A stretch of 64,000 bases of DNA from Steroidobacteraceae bacterium (GTDB lineage: Bacteria; Pseudomonadota; Gammaproteobacteria; Steroidobacterales; Steroidobacteraceae): the NCBI GenBank assembly GCA_044357085.1, contig JBIKVA010000001.1, forward strand, positions 11,266 through 75,265. Direction: 5' to 3'. Made by a program: the position numbers and the translations under genes. Positions 18,228 to 27,833 of the stretch are shown one piece after another (the first letter of the stretch is position 1; each line of letters opens with the position of its first letter). The notes under the pieces are model-generated. The model saw only the letters and a program-made list of their open reading frames with translations. It ran no database searches and had not been told where the DNA came from.

Positions 18228-18598
18228 TGAAAACCGATCGTCCAAAGCCGACAGGGCTCATTCGCATCGTCAACGCCTTCGGCAATACCTGGAAGGGCTA
18301 TGTCGGTGCGTTCCGCGAGGAGGCCGCGTTCCGCCAGGAGCTCGCGCTCTGCCTGGTGCTTTTCCCGCTGGGCTTGTGGCTCGGCGAGTCCGGCGTCGAG
18401 CGGGCGCTGCTGGTTGGCCCGATCTTCATCATCCTGATCGTGGAACTGCTCAACAGCGGCATCGAGGCCACGGTCGATCGCATCGGTCTCGAGCGGCACC
18501 AGCTGTCGGGGCTTGCCAAGGATCTCGGGTCTGCGGCCGTGTTCACCTCTTTTGCACTGCTCGCCGTGGTCTGGGCGCTGGTGCTGCTCGATGGTTGA
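18227..18598 (+). CDS. dgkA: Diacylglycerol kinase (prokaryotic DgkA family)
   Basis: 123 aa: ...FREEAAFRQEL...ILIVELLNSGIEATVDRIG...AKDLGSAAV. Its ATG shares one nt with the gcvPB TGA. Confidence 0.88.
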   Translation: MKTDRPKPTGLIRIVNAFGNTWKGYVGAFREEAAFRQELALCLVLFPLGLWLGESGVERALLVGPIFIILIVELLNSGIEATVDRIGLERHQLSGLAKDLGSAAVFTSFALLAVVWALVLLDG

Positions 18599-18622
18599 CC
18601 CAAAAATTAACGGGAGAAGGGC

Positions 18623-19561
18623 ATGACGGCGCTCATCTGCGGCTCGGTGGCCTACGACACGGTGATGGTGTTCGAGGGGCACTTCAAGGATCACATTCTC
18701 GCCGACCGCATCCACATGCTGAATGTGGCGTTCCTGGTCCCGGGGCTGCGTCGCAACTTCGGCGGCTGCGCCGGCAATATCGCCTACAACCTCAAGATGC
18801 TCGGCGGCGACGGCAAGGTGATGGCGACCGTGGGCATGGATTTCGGTCCCTACCGCGCGTGGATGCTCGACAACGGCCTGTCCCTCGACCACATCCGGCA
18901 ACTGGAGGACGAGTACACCGCGCAGGCGTACATCACCACCGATGCCGACAACAACCAGATCACCGCCTTCCATCCGGGGGCGATGAACCACGCGCACGTC
19001 AACAAGGTGCCGAAGGATGCCGGCATCCGGCTTGGCATCGTGGCGCCCGAGAGCCACCTCGGCATGCTCGAGCACGCGGCCCAGTTCGCCGCGCACGACA
19101 TCCCGTTCATTTTCGATCCGGGGCAGGCGATGACGCTGCTCGGTGCCGACGACTTGCGCACGCTCATCGGCCAGGCGAGCTGGGTGGCCGTCAATGATTA
19201 CGAAGCCAGCCTGCTGGTGGAGCGTACCGGCTGGTCGCTCGAGGCCATCGCCGGCAAGGTACGCGCGCTTGTCGTCACCCGCGGTGCCCAGGGGTCGCAC
19301 ATCCATGCGGACGGTACCCTCCACGAGATCCCGCCGGTCAAGCCCGCCACGGTCGCCGACCCGACCGGTTGCGGCGATGCCTACCGCGCCGGCCTGCTGT
19401 TCGGCCTGCAGCGCGGTCTCGACTGGCCGACCACCGGCCGCATCGCCTCGCTGATGGGTTCGCTCAAGATCGCCCACCACGGTACCCAGAACCACCGCTT
19501 CGGACGCGAGGAATTCGGCCGGCTCTACACGCAGGCTTTCGGTCACACGTTCCAGGCTTGA
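18623..19561 (+). CDS. PfkB-family carbohydrate/nucleoside kinase (adenosine-kinase-like)
   Basis: 312 aa with FGGCAGNIAYNL and DPTGCGDAYRAG motifs. Confidence 0.8.
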   Translation: MTALICGSVAYDTVMVFEGHFKDHILADRIHMLNVAFLVPGLRRNFGGCAGNIAYNLKMLGGDGKVMATVGMDFGPYRAWMLDNGLSLDHIRQLEDEYTAQAYITTDADNNQITAFHPGAMNHAHVNKVPKDAGIRLGIVAPESHLGMLEHAAQFAAHDIPFIFDPGQAMTLLGADDLRTLIGQASWVAVNDYEASLLVERTGWSLEAIAGKVRALVVTRGAQGSHIHADGTLHEIPPVKPATVADPTGCGDAYRAGLLFGLQRGLDWPTTGRIASLMGSLKIAHHGTQNHRFGREEFGRLYTQAFGHTFQA

Positions 19562-19635
19562 GCGGCCACAGCCCGCAGACCGACCTGTTCGGCGGCAAAG
19601 CCGTCGCGTCACAGCCGGTCGATCCGGCTCTGGAC

Positions 19636-20520
19636 ATGCTGGCCGCGCAACTGCCGCCCGGCCTCCGTTTCGGCACCTCGACCTGGTCGTTTCCCGGCTG
19701 GGCCGGTCTCGTCTACGGCAGTCATTACGAAGAAGCGCAACTCGCGCGCGACGGTCTCGCCGCCTATGCCCGCCATCCGCTGCTGCGTGCCGTCGGCGTC
19801 GACCGCAGTTTCTATGCGCCGCTTTCCACGGCGACGCTCGCCCGCATGGCTGCTGCGGTCCCCGGCGACTTCCGCTTCCTGCTCAAGGCGCATGCGGCAC
19901 TCACCATCCCGCGCAGTGCCCGACGCCCCGCGTTCCTCCAGGGTACAGCCGAAGCCTTTCTCGATGCCGACTATGCGCGGCGCGTGGTGATCGAGCCGGC
20001 GCAGCGTGCGTTCGGTGCGAGGCTGGGTGTGGTGCTGTTCCAGTTCTCGCCGCTAGGCGAGCGCGTGCTGCGCCATCGCGCGCTGCTGCTCGAGCGGCTA
20101 GGGGCTTTCCTGGCGGCTCTGCCACGCGGCGTCGTGTATGCCTGCGAGTGGCGCGATCCGGCGATGCTCGGCGCCGATTACCACGCCATGCTCGCTGCAG
20201 CCGGCGCCGTACACGGACTCTGCGCGCATCCGCGCATGCCACCGGTCGACGCACAGGGCGCGGCGCCGTCGGCCCCGGGGCCGCTGGTGATCCGCTGGTT
20301 GCTGCGCGGCGATCGAGCCTACGACGAGGCGCGCGCCGAGTACGCGCCGTTCGATCGGCTCTGTGATCCCGACCCGGTCACCCGCGCGCGCATCGCCTCG
20401 CTGCTGCGTGATGCCGCCGCACGCGGCCGTGAAGCCGTGCTCATCGTCAACAACAAGGCGGAAGGTTCGGCGCCGCTGTCGATTGCGGCACTGGCGGCGG
20501 AGCTTGCTGCAGGGGGCTAG
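19636..20520 (+). CDS. DUF72 (UPF0759) family protein
   Basis: ...LRFGTSTWSFPGWAGLVY... N-terminal signature. An alternative TTG start at 19558 overlaps the kinase stop. Confidence 0.7.
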   Translation: MLAAQLPPGLRFGTSTWSFPGWAGLVYGSHYEEAQLARDGLAAYARHPLLRAVGVDRSFYAPLSTATLARMAAAVPGDFRFLLKAHAALTIPRSARRPAFLQGTAEAFLDADYARRVVIEPAQRAFGARLGVVLFQFSPLGERVLRHRALLLERLGAFLAALPRGVVYACEWRDPAMLGADYHAMLAAAGAVHGLCAHPRMPPVDAQGAAPSAPGPLVIRWLLRGDRAYDEARAEYAPFDRLCDPDPVTRARIASLLRDAAARGREAVLIVNNKAEGSAPLSIAALAAELAAGG

Positions 20521-20966
20521 TGGTCGGTGCGTTCCACGACGAGTACTGCACCGTCGACGCCGGTGACGCGTACCGTCCCGCCGACATTCAGATCCGGTCC
20601 GGCGACTTTCCACACGGTGTCGCCGACCCGTACCTTGCCGAAGCCGTTCTCGATCGGTTCGACGAGCGTGAACACCTGACCCACGTATTGCTGTCCGCGC
20701 TGGTTGAGCATGGGTTGCTCGGTGAAGTCCGGCCGGCCGCGCTTGTAGTGGCGATAGCCCGCCATCGCCACCACGCCCAGCACGGCCCAGAGCACCCACT
20801 GCCACTGCCAGGGCAGCGGGACGACGACGAGCAGCATGCCGATCACTGCAGCCGAAATCGCGAACCAGATCATCACCGCGCCCGGCAGCAGCGCCTCGAG
20901 CGCGGCCAGCACGAACGCGCCGACCAGCCACTGCCACCAGGTCAGCGAGGTGAGCCAGTCGATCAT
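20517..20966 (-). CDS. NfeD-family membrane protein
   Basis: Two or three N-terminal TM segments plus a C-terminal OB-like GDTVWKV...[13 protein letters not shown]. Paired with the SPFH gene, 4-nt overlap. Confidence 0.85.
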   Translation of the reverse strand: MIDWLTSLTWWQWLVGAFVLAALEALLPGAVMIWFAISAAVIGMLLVVVPLPWQWQWVLWAVLGVVAMAGYRHYKRGRPDFTEQPMLNQRGQQYVGQVFTLVEPIENGFGKVRVGDTVWKVAGPDLNVGGTVRVTGVDGAVLVVERTDH

Positions 20967-21883
20967 GGGGCGCCCTTGACCTTGTCGCGGGTGAGCTCGG
21001 CGATGCCCGCGAGGGCGCCGAGGATTCCCGTCGATTCCATCGGCATCATGAACACCTTCTGGTTGGGAGCGGCCGCGAGTTCACGCAGCGCCTCGACGTA
21101 TTTCTGCGCGACAAAATAGTTGATCGCCTGCACGTCGCCCTCGGCGATGGCCTTCGACACCATGGTCGTCGCGCGTGCCTCGGCCTCGGCGAGCCGCTCG
21201 CGGGCCTCGGCGGCGCGGAAGGCGGCTTCCTTCTCGCCTTCGGCCTTGAGCACCATCGATTGCTTCTCGCCCTCGGCCTTGAGGATGGCGGCGGCGCGGA
21301 AGCCTTCGGCATCGAGGATGTTCGCGCGCTTGTCGCGCTCGGCCTTCATCTGCCGCCCCATCGACTCGACGAGGTCGGAGGGCGGGCTGATGTCCTTGAT
21401 CTCGATGCGGGTGCACTTCACGCCCCATGGAGTGGTGGCGTCGTCGACCACCTTCAGCAGACGGTGGTTGATCTCGTCGCGCTTGGAGAGGGTTTCGTCG
21501 AGGTCCATCGAGCCGACGACGGTGCGGATGTTGGTCATGGTCAGGTTGATGATGGCGAGCCGCAGGTTGTCGACCTCGTAGGCGGCCTTGGCGGCATCGA
21601 GCACCTGGTAGAAGACGACGGCGTCGATGGTCACCATGGCGTTGTCCTTGGTGATGACCTCCTGCCGCGGCACGTCGAGGACCTGTTCCATCATGTTGAT
21701 CCGCTGGCCGACCCGCTCGACCAGCGGGATCAGCACGTGGAACCCCGGCTCCATGACCTTGCGGAAGCGGCCGAAACGCTCCAGCGTGAACTGGAAGCCT
21801 TGCGGCACGGTGAGAAACGCCCGGGTCGCGATGACGATGATCGCGACGACCAGAAGGATGACTGCGGTCAAGCCTGCGTACAT
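20963..21883 (-). CDS. SPFH/Band 7 (stomatin-like, QmcA-type) protein
   Basis: 306 aa, TM segment followed by an SPFH domain ([15 protein letters not shown]...[18 protein letters not shown]...). Confidence 0.9.
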   Translation of the reverse strand: MYAGLTAVILLVVAIIVIATRAFLTVPQGFQFTLERFGRFRKVMEPGFHVLIPLVERVGQRINMMEQVLDVPRQEVITKDNAMVTIDAVVFYQVLDAAKAAYEVDNLRLAIINLTMTNIRTVVGSMDLDETLSKRDEINHRLLKVVDDATTPWGVKCTRIEIKDISPPSDLVESMGRQMKAERDKRANILDAEGFRAAAILKAEGEKQSMVLKAEGEKEAAFRAAEARERLAEAEARATTMVSKAIAEGDVQAINYFVAQKYVEALRELAAAPNQKVFMMPMESTGILGALAGIAELTRDKVKGAP

Positions 21884-22080
21884 GCTACCCCCCGAGACTG
21901 CGGTTCAAGATTGCCGCAGCGCTTGGACAAGGATATCCGAGGATGGTTTCGAATCCGTCGACATGCGACATTGTCGCCAGCCAAGACTGCTGACGGGGGG
22001 CGATCCGGGCGGGCTTCAGCCGAGCGCCGGAATCTGCCACCCTAGCGCCAGGATCGCGCCGGATATTTGCGAGGGAACGC

Positions 22081-23607
22081 ATGGCCTTTGGGAAATCACT
22101 GCTCGACGCCATCGAGCGCGCCGGCAACAGGCTGCCCGACCCGACCACCCTGTTCATCATCTTCATGGCGGTGCTCGTCGCCGTGTCGGTCTGGGGCGCG
22201 GCAGCCGGCTGGTCGGCGATCAATCCTGCGACGGGCAAGGCGATCGTCGCCTCGTCGCTGCTCGCCGATGCAAACCTGCGGCGGCTGTTCGAAGAAATGC
22301 CCAAGACGCTCACCAGTTTCGCGCCGCTCGGCACGGTGCTCGTGATGATGCTGGGCACCGGCATCGCGGAACGCTCGGGGTTTTTCTCCGCCGCGCTGCG
22401 CGGCGCGTTGCGCTCGGCACCGCGCTACATCCTCACCCCGGCGGTGGTATTCGCGGGTTGCCTGTCCTCGCTCGCTGTCGACGCCGGCTATGTGGTACTG
22501 GTGCCGCTCGGCGCGGTGATCTTCGCCGTGGCCGGCCGCCATCCGCTCGCGGGTCTCGCGGCGGCGTTTGCGGGAGTCTCCGGCGGCTTCTCGGCCAATC
22601 TCTTTCCGTCGTCGCTCGACGCGCTGCTCCTCGGGATCACGCAGGAGGCTGCCCGGCTGATCGATCCCGCATGGTCGTACGTCATCACGGACAACTACTA
22701 CCTCATCATCGCCTTCACCTTCCTCGTCACGCTGGTTGGCTGGTTGGTAACCGACCTGATCGTGGAGCCGCGTCTCGGCCCGTGGGCGCGGTCGGATGAA
22801 CAAAAGCGGCTGGAGGAGAGCGCGCTGACCCCCGGCGAGCGTTCCGGTGTCGTCTGGGGCACGGCGATGCTCGTGCTCGCGATCGTCGGCTTGTGCCTGC
22901 TCGCCTTGCCGGGCGGCGCGCTGCGTGGCGAAGGTGGCACCCTGCCCGAGCAGCTCGGGCCGTTCTTCACGGCTCTGGTGGGCGGTCTCGCGATCGCTTT
23001 TTTCCTGGCCGGACTCGCGTTCGGAATCCGGGCCGGGCGCTACAAGTCCGACAAGGACGTCGTCAACGACGTCAATCATTCGATGTCGGAAATGGGTGGC
23101 TACATCGTCCTCGCCTTCGTCGCCGCGCACTTCATCGCGATGTTCAACTGGTCGGGGCTTGGCGGCATCCTGGCGATCCACGGCGCCGAGGGCATTCGCA
23201 GCCTCGGTCTGCCGGCGCCGGCGCTGTTCGTGATGCTGGTGCTGTTCACCGCCTCGGTCAATCTGCTGGTGGGCTCGGCCTCGGCGAAGTGGGCGCTGAT
23301 GGCGCCGATCGTGGTGCCGATGTTCATGCTGATGGGTTACAGCCCCGAGGTCGTCACCGGCGCCTACCGTCTCGGTGACAGCTCGACGAACATCATCACG
23401 CCGCTGATGGCCTACTTCCCGATGGCACTCGTGTTCGCCCGGCGCTATCAGGCCGATGCCGGCGTCGGCACGCTGGTCGCGCTGATGCTGCCGTATTCAC
23501 TGGGCATCCTGCTGGCCTCCATCGTCATGCTCGGATCGTGGATCACCCTCGGTTGGCCGGTAGGCATCGATGCCGGCATCTCGTACGACCCGCCGCGACA
23601 ACCCTGA
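22081..23607 (+). CDS. AbgT-family transporter (p-aminobenzoyl-glutamate/antimetabolite transporter family)
   Basis: 508-aa polytopic protein: MAFGKSLLDAIERAGNRLPDPTTLFII...GTGIAERSGF... is AbgT-like. Confidence 0.85.
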   Translation: MAFGKSLLDAIERAGNRLPDPTTLFIIFMAVLVAVSVWGAAAGWSAINPATGKAIVASSLLADANLRRLFEEMPKTLTSFAPLGTVLVMMLGTGIAERSGFFSAALRGALRSAPRYILTPAVVFAGCLSSLAVDAGYVVLVPLGAVIFAVAGRHPLAGLAAAFAGVSGGFSANLFPSSLDALLLGITQEAARLIDPAWSYVITDNYYLIIAFTFLVTLVGWLVTDLIVEPRLGPWARSDEQKRLEESALTPGERSGVVWGTAMLVLAIVGLCLLALPGGALRGEGGTLPEQLGPFFTALVGGLAIAFFLAGLAFGIRAGRYKSDKDVVNDVNHSMSEMGGYIVLAFVAAHFIAMFNWSGLGGILAIHGAEGIRSLGLPAPALFVMLVLFTASVNLLVGSASAKWALMAPIVVPMFMLMGYSPEVVTGAYRLGDSSTNIITPLMAYFPMALVFARRYQADAGVGTLVALMLPYSLGILLASIVMLGSWITLGWPVGIDAGISYDPPRQP

Positions 23608-24536
23608 TGTCCGCCACGCCCGCTGACATCGATGCAGCCGCTGCCGCGCTGCGCGCCGGTGAGCTCGTCGCCTTCCCGACCGAGACCGTCTACGGACTCG
23701 GTGCGGACGCGCGCAACCCCGATGCGCTGCGCCAGGTGTATGCGCTGAAGGGCAGACCCGCCACCCATCCGCTGATCCTGCACCTGCTGTCGGCGGCGGA
23801 TCTCGATGCCTGGGCTGCCGAGGTGCCGCCGGCTGCGCGCCGGCTCGCCGCGCGTTTCTGGCCGGGTCCGCTGACGCTGGTGCTGCGACGGGCAGCCGGC
23901 GTCTCCGACGTCTTGACCGGCGGACAGGACACCCTGGCGGTCAGGGTGCCGGCACATCCGGTGGCGCGTGCGTTGCTGCAGGCCTTCGGCAGCGGCATCG
24001 CGGCGCCGTCGGCAAACCGTTACGGACGGGTTTCGCCGACGCGTGCCGCGCATGTGCGCGAGGAGTTCCCGCATGGCTTGCGGGTGCTCGATGGCGGCGA
24101 TTGCGAGGTCGGTCTCGAGTCGACCATCCTGTCGCTCGCAGGTCCGCAACCGCAGTTGCTCCGTCCCGGGACCATTTCTCGCGAGGCTCTCGAGGCCGAA
24201 CTCGGCGTGTCCCTGCAGGCAGGCGACGCCGGCACATCGCCGCGCGTGCCGGGCAGCACGCCGCAGCACTATGCGCCGCAGACGCCGCTCTCGCTCCTGC
24301 CCGTCGGCGGTTTGCCGGCAGCGGTGTCCGCGGCGGCGGCCCGCGGCGAGCCGGTGGTCACGCTCGCCTGTCCGCCCGGTTCCGATGCCGCCGCCTACGG
24401 CCGCGCGCTCTACGCCGAGTTGCGTCGACTCGACAAGCAGGGTGCCTCGCGTATCCTCGTCGAGTCCGTGCCGGCCTCTGGCGACTGGGATGCGGTGCGC
24501 GACCGGCTCGCCCGCGCAGCTGCAACATTTCTTTGA
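23607..24536 (+). CDS. tsaC: L-threonylcarbamoyladenylate synthase (Sua5/YwlC long form)
   Basis: FPTETVYGLGADA...KGRPATHPLILH...SANRYGR motifs. ATG overlaps the abgT-family TGA by 1 nt. Confidence 0.88.
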   Translation: MSATPADIDAAAAALRAGELVAFPTETVYGLGADARNPDALRQVYALKGRPATHPLILHLLSAADLDAWAAEVPPAARRLAARFWPGPLTLVLRRAAGVSDVLTGGQDTLAVRVPAHPVARALLQAFGSGIAAPSANRYGRVSPTRAAHVREEFPHGLRVLDGGDCEVGLESTILSLAGPQPQLLRPGTISREALEAELGVSLQAGDAGTSPRVPGSTPQHYAPQTPLSLLPVGGLPAAVSAAAARGEPVVTLACPPGSDAAAYGRALYAELRRLDKQGASRILVESVPASGDWDAVRDRLARAAATFL

Positions 24537-24587
24537 TCGGCGGCCACCCGTCGCCATGCAGATCTACCCCGGAGTGAGTGACCGCTG

Positions 24588-25772
24588 ATGAGCCCGACCC
24601 GCAAGCCGCGTTATATCGATCCTTTCCAGCCGCGCGAGATCCGCCGGCTCGTCGGCGAGTTCGGCTCACCGTTGCTGATCGTCGATTGCGAGCGCATCCG
24701 GCGCCAGTACCGCGAGTTGCACCGCGCGCTGCCGGGTGTCGACCTGCACTACGCGCTCAAGCCGCTGCCGCATCCGGCCGTGGTGCGCACCGTTCTCGAG
24801 GAAGGCGGTTTTCTCGATCTCGCGACCACCGGTGAGGTCGAACTCGTCACGCGCATGGGTGTCGACCCCGCGCTTTGCATACACACTCACCCGATCAAGC
24901 GCGATATCGACATCCGGGCTGCGCTCGAGCGGGGCGTACGAGTGTTCGTCGCCGACAATCCCGACGAGTTGCGCAAGTTCGTACCGTGGGCGGACCAGGC
25001 CGAACTGCTGCTGCGGGTCTCGTTCCGCAGTCCGGGTGCGGTGTCCGACCTGTCGCGCAAGTTCGGCTGCGACCCGGAGTCGCTGCTGGCGCTCGCGCGC
25101 CGGGCGCGTGACCTCGGGCTGCGGGTGCGCGGACTGTCGTTCCACGTCGGTTCGCAGGCGCCCGATCCGGGCAAGCACGTCGAGGCGATCGAGGCCTGTA
25201 CGCGGCTGCTGGCCGCCGCGAGGCGCGAGCGGCTCGGTCCGTTCGACACGCTCGACATCGGTGGCGGCTTCCCGATCGACTACTCGGATCGCGCGCCGTC
25301 GATCGGCTATTTCTGCAAGCCGATCCGCGCTGCGCTCGCCCGGTTGCCGAAGCGCGTGCGGGTGATCGCCGAGCCTGGTCGCTACATCGCAGGTCCCAGC
25401 GCCATCGGCGTGGCGAGTGTCATGGGCCGGGCACGACGTGAGGGTCGCTGGTGGTACTACCTCGACGACGGGCTCTACGGGTCGTACAGCGGGCAGCTGT
25501 TCGATCACGCGCGCTATCCGCTCGAATCATTGAAGACCGGTCGGCAGCGCGAACCTGCCGTGCTCGCCGGCCCCACCTGCGACAGCATCGACGTGATCAC
25601 CGAAAACATCCTGCTGCCGGAACTCGATGCCGGCGACCTGATCGTCGGCCGGGCGATGGGGGCCTACACCTGGGCGAGTGCCTCGGAGTTCAATTTTTTC
25701 CCGCGTGCCACGGTGGTGTCGGTGAACCTGTCACCGGGTGATCGCGGCAGCGTACTCGCCATAGACCGCTGA
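24588..25772 (+). CDS. Fold-III PLP-dependent ornithine/lysine decarboxylase (Orn/DAP/Arg decarboxylase family 2)
   Basis: YALKPLPHP (PLP Lys), LDIGGGFP, EPGRY, GPTCDSID motifs. Confidence 0.85.
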   Translation: MSPTRKPRYIDPFQPREIRRLVGEFGSPLLIVDCERIRRQYRELHRALPGVDLHYALKPLPHPAVVRTVLEEGGFLDLATTGEVELVTRMGVDPALCIHTHPIKRDIDIRAALERGVRVFVADNPDELRKFVPWADQAELLLRVSFRSPGAVSDLSRKFGCDPESLLALARRARDLGLRVRGLSFHVGSQAPDPGKHVEAIEACTRLLAAARRERLGPFDTLDIGGGFPIDYSDRAPSIGYFCKPIRAALARLPKRVRVIAEPGRYIAGPSAIGVASVMGRARREGRWWYYLDDGLYGSYSGQLFDHARYPLESLKTGRQREPAVLAGPTCDSIDVITENILLPELDAGDLIVGRAMGAYTWASASEFNFFPRATVVSVNLSPGDRGSVLAIDR

Positions 25773-25847
25773 TCTTCGACTGTTGAATTTCGGCTCCGAG
25801 GCCCGGGGGTTGCGCTGGCGCCGGGGCTTTGGGAGCATGCGCGCCTC

Positions 25848-26459
25848 ATGCCAGTTCCCCGAAAGACCCCGCCCGACATGCTCGAACGCCGTCGGTTCCT
25901 GTTCGGCGTGTCCGCGGCCGGTGCGACTCTGCTCATGGCGGCACCGGGAGCCGGCGCCGGCACGGTGACGGAACGCTTGCAGGCAGCGTCGTTCGCCGTA
26001 CCCGGCGACCCACCGCGCTGGCTGGAGCTCCTCAACACGCACACTTCGGAATCGCTGCGGGTCGCCTATCGCAGTGCGTCGGGTCTCGTCACCCCCGCGC
26101 TGGATCGTCTGCAGTGGCTGCTGCGCGACCATCGCAGCGACGAGGCCGCGTCCATCGATGTCGGCCTCTACGACCAGTTGGCCGCGCTCGCCGTGGCCGC
26201 CGGCGTGGAGCCGCGCTACGAAGTCATTTCCGGATTTCGCTCGCCGCGCACCAACGCGGCGCTGCAGGCAGCAGGCCGCGGCGTGGCGACGCGCAGCCTC
26301 CATACCCAGGGGCGCGCCATCGACGTGCGCCTGCGGGGCGTGTCCTGTTCGGTACTGCGTGATCTGGCGATCGAGGCGGCCTGCGGCGGCGTGGGTTACT
26401 ACCGCAGCAGCGACTTCGTGCATCTCGACACCGGCCGCGTCCGTCGCTGGGCGGGTTGA
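25848..26459 (+). CDS. mepK: DUF882/peptidase M15A murein endopeptidase (YcbK/MepK-like), Tat signal
   Basis: RRRFLFG twin-arginine motif. SGFRSPRTN...SLHTQGRAIDV...GGVGYYRSSDFVHLDTG aligns with E. coli YcbK. Confidence 0.85.
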   Translation: MPVPRKTPPDMLERRRFLFGVSAAGATLLMAAPGAGAGTVTERLQAASFAVPGDPPRWLELLNTHTSESLRVAYRSASGLVTPALDRLQWLLRDHRSDEAASIDVGLYDQLAALAVAAGVEPRYEVISGFRSPRTNAALQAAGRGVATRSLHTQGRAIDVRLRGVSCSVLRDLAIEAACGGVGYYRSSDFVHLDTGRVRRWAG

Positions 26460-27178
26460 GTCGACGCGGGCCTGTCCGGGCCATGCTCATTCATCGCGCC
26501 GATTTCGTCTCTGGCGCGGCAGCAGCCCGCGGAGTGGCGATAGTCATCGACGTCTTCCGCGCCTGTTCGTTGCAGGCATACGCCCTCGCGGCCGGCGCCA
26601 GCGCCATCATCCCGGTCGAAGGCGTCGAGGAGGCACGGGCCATCAAGGCCGCACACCCGGACTGGTTGCTGGCTGGCGAGCGGCATGCACGGCCGCTGCC
26701 CGGATTCGACTGCGGCAACTCGCCCGTCGAGCTGCTTGCCCTGTCACCGGCCGGACGCACCGTGATCCACACCACCCACGCCGGGACGCAAGGCCTGATG
26801 GCGGCATCGCGGGTCGCGAGTCATGTCTTCACGGGTGCCTTCGTCAATGCGTCGGCGACGGTCGCCGCGGTGCTCGCCCTCGATCCCGCGGAGGTCACGC
26901 TCGTTGCGATGGGTCACGAGGCGCGCGAGCGCTGCGCCGAGGACGACTTGTGCCGCGACTGGCTGTTCGCCGCACTCGGCGCTCGCTCTCCCGGTCCGCT
27001 CGACGTGGCAGCCTGCCTGCGGTCGGCACCGGCGGCAGCGAAATTCTTTGATCCGGCGGCGGACTGGGCACCCGAGGGCGATTTCGCCCTGTGCACCGCG
27101 CTCGATGCAGTGCCGTTCGCGGTACGACTCGAAGATTCGCTGTCCGGCCGGCCCGAACTGCGTCCGTTCCGGGTGTGA
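26456..27178 (+). CDS. 2-phosphosulfolactate phosphatase (ComB) family protein
   Basis: VIDVFRACS...GERHARPLPGFDCGNSP... is ComB-family. Alternative ATG at 26483. Confidence 0.7.
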   Translation: MSRRGPVRAMLIHRADFVSGAAAARGVAIVIDVFRACSLQAYALAAGASAIIPVEGVEEARAIKAAHPDWLLAGERHARPLPGFDCGNSPVELLALSPAGRTVIHTTHAGTQGLMAASRVASHVFTGAFVNASATVAAVLALDPAEVTLVAMGHEARERCAEDDLCRDWLFAALGARSPGPLDVAACLRSAPAAAKFFDPAADWAPEGDFALCTALDAVPFAVRLEDSLSGRPELRPFRV

Positions 27179-27179
27179 C

Positions 27180-27791
27180 ATGGGTCGCGAGACGCCGCGC
27201 AACATCGTGTTCGACATCGGCTGGGTGCTGGTGCATCTCGCGCCGGCCCCGCTGCTCGACCTGCTGCGCGGGCACGGGGCGCCGGTGCGTCAACTCGAGG
27301 ATGTCGTCACTCGCATCGACCTGCACGAGCACGAGAGCGGCCGGCTGGACGGGGCAGGGCTCGTGGACAACATCGCGCGGCTCGCTCCGCGCCCGCCTCC
27401 CGCAGAGGCGGTCGCGGCGGCCTGGATCGACATGTTCGATCCGCAGCCGGCGATGTTCGCGCTCGCCGCGCGGCTGCGCCAGCGCCACCGGGTCTATCTG
27501 CTGTCGAACGTCGGCGATCTGCACTGGGCCGAGCTGCAGCGCCGGTTCCGGATCCACGAGGTCGGCGATGACGTCATCGCCTCGTTCGAGGCCGGCGTCA
27601 TGAAGCCGCACGAGGGCATCTACGAGCAGGCCGAACGCCGCTTCCGGCTCGATCCGGCGGCAACCGTTTTCATCGACGATCGGGCCGAGAACATCGAGGC
27701 GGTGCGCCGTCGCGGCTGGCACGGCATCATCCACGGTGGCCACGACAGTACCGTCGCGGCGCTGCGCGCACTCGGCATCGATACGGAGTGA
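27180..27791 (+). CDS. HAD-superfamily hydrolase (subfamily IA)
   Basis: IVFDIGWVL (DxG variant of motif I)...LLSNVGD...FIDDRAENI. Internal ATG of ORF 26823..27791. Confidence 0.75.
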   Translation: MGRETPRNIVFDIGWVLVHLAPAPLLDLLRGHGAPVRQLEDVVTRIDLHEHESGRLDGAGLVDNIARLAPRPPPAEAVAAAWIDMFDPQPAMFALAARLRQRHRVYLLSNVGDLHWAELQRRFRIHEVGDDVIASFEAGVMKPHEGIYEQAERRFRLDPAATVFIDDRAENIEAVRRRGWHGIIHGGHDSTVAALRALGIDTE

Positions 27792-27833
27792 TCCCATGCC
27801 TGGCGCCGCGACCATCGCCCGGAGTTCTTCGAC

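Noticed and set aside
15201-18245. 1014-aa ORF antisense to gcvPA/gcvPB. Similar giant ORFs occur at 49655..52816 (1053 aa, antisense to rodA/mrdA), 33237..35744, 40481..43018, 38749..41118, 5422..7413 and 55595..57610.
   Set aside because: They are typical shadow ORFs of high-GC DNA, where stop codons are rare in antisense and off frames. Their translations are Arg/Ala/Gly/Pro-rich low-complexity sequence with no recognisable domains. Each lies opposite a strongly supported conserved gene.
21936-21995. GGTTTCGAATCC, which resembles a tRNA T-loop, followed some distance later by GCCA. Possible tRNA fragment or integrase att remnant.
   Set aside because: No acceptor or anticodon arms can be drawn. 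There are 26 nt between the loop and CCA instead of about 16. No integrase or foreign DNA is nearby.
21884-22080. Possible ZTP (pfl) or THF riboswitch upstream of the folate-related AbgT-family transporter.
   Set aside because: The conserved cores as I remember them are absent (for example the CCGCCUGGGC pseudoknot element of ZTP). Only a generic CCGGGCGG string is present.
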